A stretch of 64,000 nt of DNA from Carcharhinus amblyrhynchos (Eukaryota). The stretch lies in contig OZ336884.1 in NCBI GenBank assembly GCA_965287045.1, forward strand, positions 48,732,001 through 48,796,000, read 5' to 3'. The notes under the pieces were generated by a model, which made no database searches, was not told the DNA's origin, and worked only from the letters and a program-made list of their open reading frames with translations. Shown here one piece after another: positions 63,095 through 64,000 of the stretch; position 1 is the first letter of the stretch; every line of letters starts with the position of its first letter. The position numbers were made by a program, and so were the translations under genes.

Positions 63095-64000
63095 TTATGT
63101 TGCCCTTTTTGTCCTCTTGCTTATCTCTCCTGCAGTAATTATCACTACTCTACTTGGCCTCACATTCTTCAGCCATTCCTCTTCCGACAGAGGGGAACAC
63201 CAAACAAGATGTTGATAACCAAGCACACCCTTACTCCTTGTGACTCCTCTAAGGTGCCCAATAAAGTGCAGCAGCACAGTGACACTGATATCATTGATAC
63301 CATGGAAGAACACTACATTGGCTTCTGGTCAGTCTTAATATTCTGATTGCCTTCACAGAGATTTTCTGAGAGCTATCAGTCATTCAAAGGAGATGGTCAT
63401 TGCCTGGCACATGTGGCATGGATATTACTTGCCACTAGTCAACCCAAGCCTGAATACTGTCAGGTCTTGATGGATTTGGAAATGAACTGCTTCTATATCT
63501 AAGAAGTCACAAATGGGATGAACATTGTGTGGTTCAAAGCATCCCCACTGTGCATCGGGACTTCATTGACTCTTCGAAAGAACATCTTACATTGGCTCAC
63601 CCTCTGCCCTATGTCCATAACACTGTACATATACCATGGTGAATCCATCTAACTTGCACATCTATGGGACTGTGGGAGGAAACTGGAGCACCCGGAGGGA
63701 ACCCATGCAGACATAGTGACCAAAAACCAACATTGAACTTGGATGCCTGGCACTCTGAGGCAGCAGTGTTAACCACTGTGGCATTGTGCTACCCTAAACA
63801 TCTGAGATCATCACCACTTCTGACATTATGATGGAAGAAAGGCCACTGATGAAGCCGCTGTAGATAGTTGGGCCTAGGACACTACCTTAGGGATCTCCTG
63901 CAGTGTTGTCTTGCAGCTGAAATGATTGATCTCCAACCAACACAAGCATCTTGTGCAAGGTATGACTCCATTCAGTGGACAGTTTCCCCCCGATCCCTAT
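63095..64000 (-). mobile_element. CR1 lineage B fragments with nested V-SINE (63630-63794)
   Basis: GATGGTCATTGCCTGGCAC and CTAGGACACTACCTTAGG (PxGSVLG) are reverse complements of the 19570-20090 motifs. Confidence 0.7.

Noticed and set aside
1-64000. Short ORFs in the six-frame track as host genes
   Set aside because: Every recognisable ORF is TE-derived; the rest look like chance ORFs in repeats or low-complexity DNA

Overview
Eukaryotic, repeat-dense, apparently non-coding DNA, most likely from a shark or other elasmobranch. The diagnostic repeats are HE1-type V-SINEs, HER1/CR1 LINE tails and a Deu-domain SINE relic. I could not recognise any host protein-coding exon, so the window is intergenic or lies inside a large intron; there is one 141-N assembly gap. 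It is a layered graveyard of mobile DNA: at least two CR1 LINE lineages (one very young), L2, RTE and Rex1 fragments, three tRNA-derived SINE types, a Penelope-like element (GIY-YIG), a Gypsy remnant plus a solo LTR, and a ~4.9 kb PIF/Harbinger fossil with many related TIR elements. The most interesting signals are: (1) about seven minimal hammerhead-ribozyme motifs on two carrier repeats; (2) a composite CR1 + structured-RNA + V-SINE unit flanked by one candidate target-site duplication; (3) SINE tail swapping between different LINE partners; (4) an identical 240-bp tailless LINE copy that shares a 5' breakpoint with its neighbour. All family assignments come from motif recognition by eye, without database searches, and boundaries are approximate unless stated.
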